Source: Hyphochytrium catenoides
Lineage: Eukaryota > Protista > Hyphochytriomycota
Direction: 5' to 3'
Length of the DNA: 64,000 bases
Assembly: GCA_900088475.1 (NCBI GenBank)
Contig: FLMG01000284.1
Coordinates: forward strand, 1-64,000
Part shown: piece after piece, positions 62,248 through 64,000 of the stretch
How the letters are laid out: each line of letters starts with the position of its first letter
How positions within the stretch are numbered: position 1 is the first letter of the stretch
Notes under the pieces: generated by a model
Database searches by the model: none
What the model was told of the DNA's origin: nothing
What the model saw: only the letters and a program-made list of their open reading frames with translations
Translations under genes and position numbers: made by a program

Positions 62248-64000
62248 ATGGACGTGAGAACGACGAGGTCGTACAATCAGACAATCGCGGCAGCAGCAGA
62301 TATCGTGAGGTTTTGATGGACTGATTGCCTCCATAGACGTCTGCCCAGCGTGTGGGTGCAGTAAAGCAAAGGACCTCCAGACGCGATGGCTGCTATCTTT
62401 GATGTTAGGAGTCGGAGAAAGCAGATTGTTGAACAGCTGGTTGGTCTACTGTGCATCCGCTGTCATACATTTGAGCCTTGCATACCATTCTATGACTCTT
62501 TCCCAAGTAACTCTGTCTTCCTTCTGGATGGCATGCCGAAAACTGAACATTCTTGGTCTGACTAGAGTTCCGGAGAAGCGGCCAAGCTGCTGAGTTCGAC
62601 TCAAGCGGACTGGTGGGAGACGCAGAGCAGCCGAATAGAGCTCTGGCTTCAGAAAAACCCACTCAAGATTGGAATTCCTGATGACGGCACTGATGAGGTC
62701 TCTCGCTCTCTCTTTCTTAGTCTTTAGTCATTGTAGCACACTCTCACTCTCGGTTTTAGAACTTCGTTGTCGCTTAAGTTGTTTCTTCGTTCCGTCTCAT
62801 TTTCCTCTTCCTCCTGACGGCCCATCGTCATCTCTCCTCCACGGCTAGACTGTCCTTACTCAGATAAAGCGGGGAAATGCACATCCCAGCGCCCGGGTCA
62901 AGTGCTGGTTACATATCGGTAAAGTGCAAGAATCAGTCGATGTCCTCATAAAATTCTCTCCTTCGCATGCCCTTCTGATACTTTTCTGAGGGGAGCCACT
63001 TCTCCTCCGTCCTCGCTCTGCTCTTCCTGCGTCGTCTCCTCTTCCTGCCCTTTCTTCCACATCCCGTTGTGTCCTTCTAAGCCAGTTACCTCATTCCGAC
63101 TCTAATGCCGTACACAATCTTTAGTCATGGAACTGCAAGGGCTTCCGGGAGTTTCTTCGGACATTCTAGCGTTCGAACCTCCGGCGCTGCCAGAGGAGAC
63201 TCAAGACCCAGCTATGGACCCAGCAGAGGGCTCTCAAGGCTCCAATGAACCCTCAGAGTAAGTCATATCAGGTCACCAAGCGGACGAGAGATAGGAAATG
63301 TTGAGTAGAGGAATCGCCAAGAGTGAGTAAAAGAAGTGCTCTACACGGGAGAAGAGAGTGGCTTAGAAGTAAGATGAAAAGTGGTTGAGGGCTCTAGAGG
63401 GAGATTAGAAGGAAAGCTCATCCCTCTCTTGTCTGTACTGCAGCTTGAAGCTCGACATCCCCTCAGCCTCCCAAGAGGATGGTCATAGCCTTTCATCTGC
63501 TGATACAAAAGACAGCAGCAGCCCATTAAGGGGGCGCCTTCGTCCAAATAGGAGTCGAAGCGCAGAAAGAGAGGAAAGTGAAAGCATCCCTGAAGGTAAA
63601 ACGGACAGGAGAAGACCATCGTCCTCTGGGAGTTCCATCAGTGCTCGTGCGGTGGCGGCAATTGCTGCTGCTACTGCAGCAATCCAAGATCTAGAAAAGA
63701 CGGGCACCAGAGGCGACACAGATACTGGAGCAGAAAAGGAGGAGGAGAGAGCAGCATCTGCGACGGAGAACGATGACAGACAGGAGCCACAAGAGCCAGT
63801 GAAGAAGAAACCGCTGGCCAGTATGTCAATGATGGAGAGGCAGGCAGAGTATCTGAGGCGGAAGCAGGAGAAGATTGACGCGGAGAGAGCAAGATTAGAA
63901 GCAGAGAAGGAGAAGGAGCTTACATTCCAGCCGAAGATCAAGAAGTACACCAAACCTCAGCACGCTTCCCATGAAGAGTCCAACCAAGGTCTCCAGACAG
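62248..64000 (+). CDS. Coiled-coil protein with ELTFQPKI motif, 3'-truncated (possibly microtubule/cilium-associated)
   Basis: Phase-consistent spliced model MDVRTTRSYNQ.../KGPPDAMAAIFDVRSRRKQIVEQL/SSGEAAK.../IKRGNAHP...HI/VMELQGLP.../LKLDIP...MERQAEYLRRKQEKIDAERARLEAEKEKELTFQPKIKK, open at the window end. Confidence 0.65.

Noticed and set aside
63150-63195. GTTCGAA...GCCA resembling a tRNA T-loop and 3' end
   Set aside because: No paired T-stem or cloverleaf; it lies within a coding exon.

Overview
Gene-dense, intron-rich (mostly GT-AG, apparently some GC-AG) eukaryotic DNA with abundant (CT)n/(AG)n microsatellites and five small assembly gaps. It is most consistent with a flagellated protist (a ZBBX-like gene is present); a stramenopile is possible but not established. 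The supplied six-frame ORFs mostly capture single exons, so I spliced gene models by hand using donor/acceptor sites and codon phase. About 14 protein genes were reconstructed: a 5'-truncated ARM/HEAT-like + EF-hand protein, mitochondrial L7/L12, a Lys-rich FKBP, a ZBBX-like SAM protein, MIC60, a small hypothetical with a RAMA-like segment, a PDZ/coiled-coil/ankyrin/pseudo-phosphatase, a MUT-7/EXD3 exonuclease carrying an internal YbaK domain and a Mut7-C domain, a NudC-type NADH pyrophosphatase, a hypothetical, an intronless HSF, a La-motif protein, a 4TM-ankyrin-TIR-TIR protein and a 3'-truncated coiled-coil protein. The strongest novelty candidates are (1) a tetraspan membrane protein with ~8 ankyrin repeats, one TIR with an intact catalytic Glu and one with Glu->Gln (a putative protist immune/NAD+-signalling receptor), (2) the exonuclease-YbaK-PIN fusion, and (3) a PDZ domain split by a phase-symmetric coiled-coil exon module and fused to a CX5R-defective phosphatase. 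All domain calls are by-eye motif recognition, not database hits.
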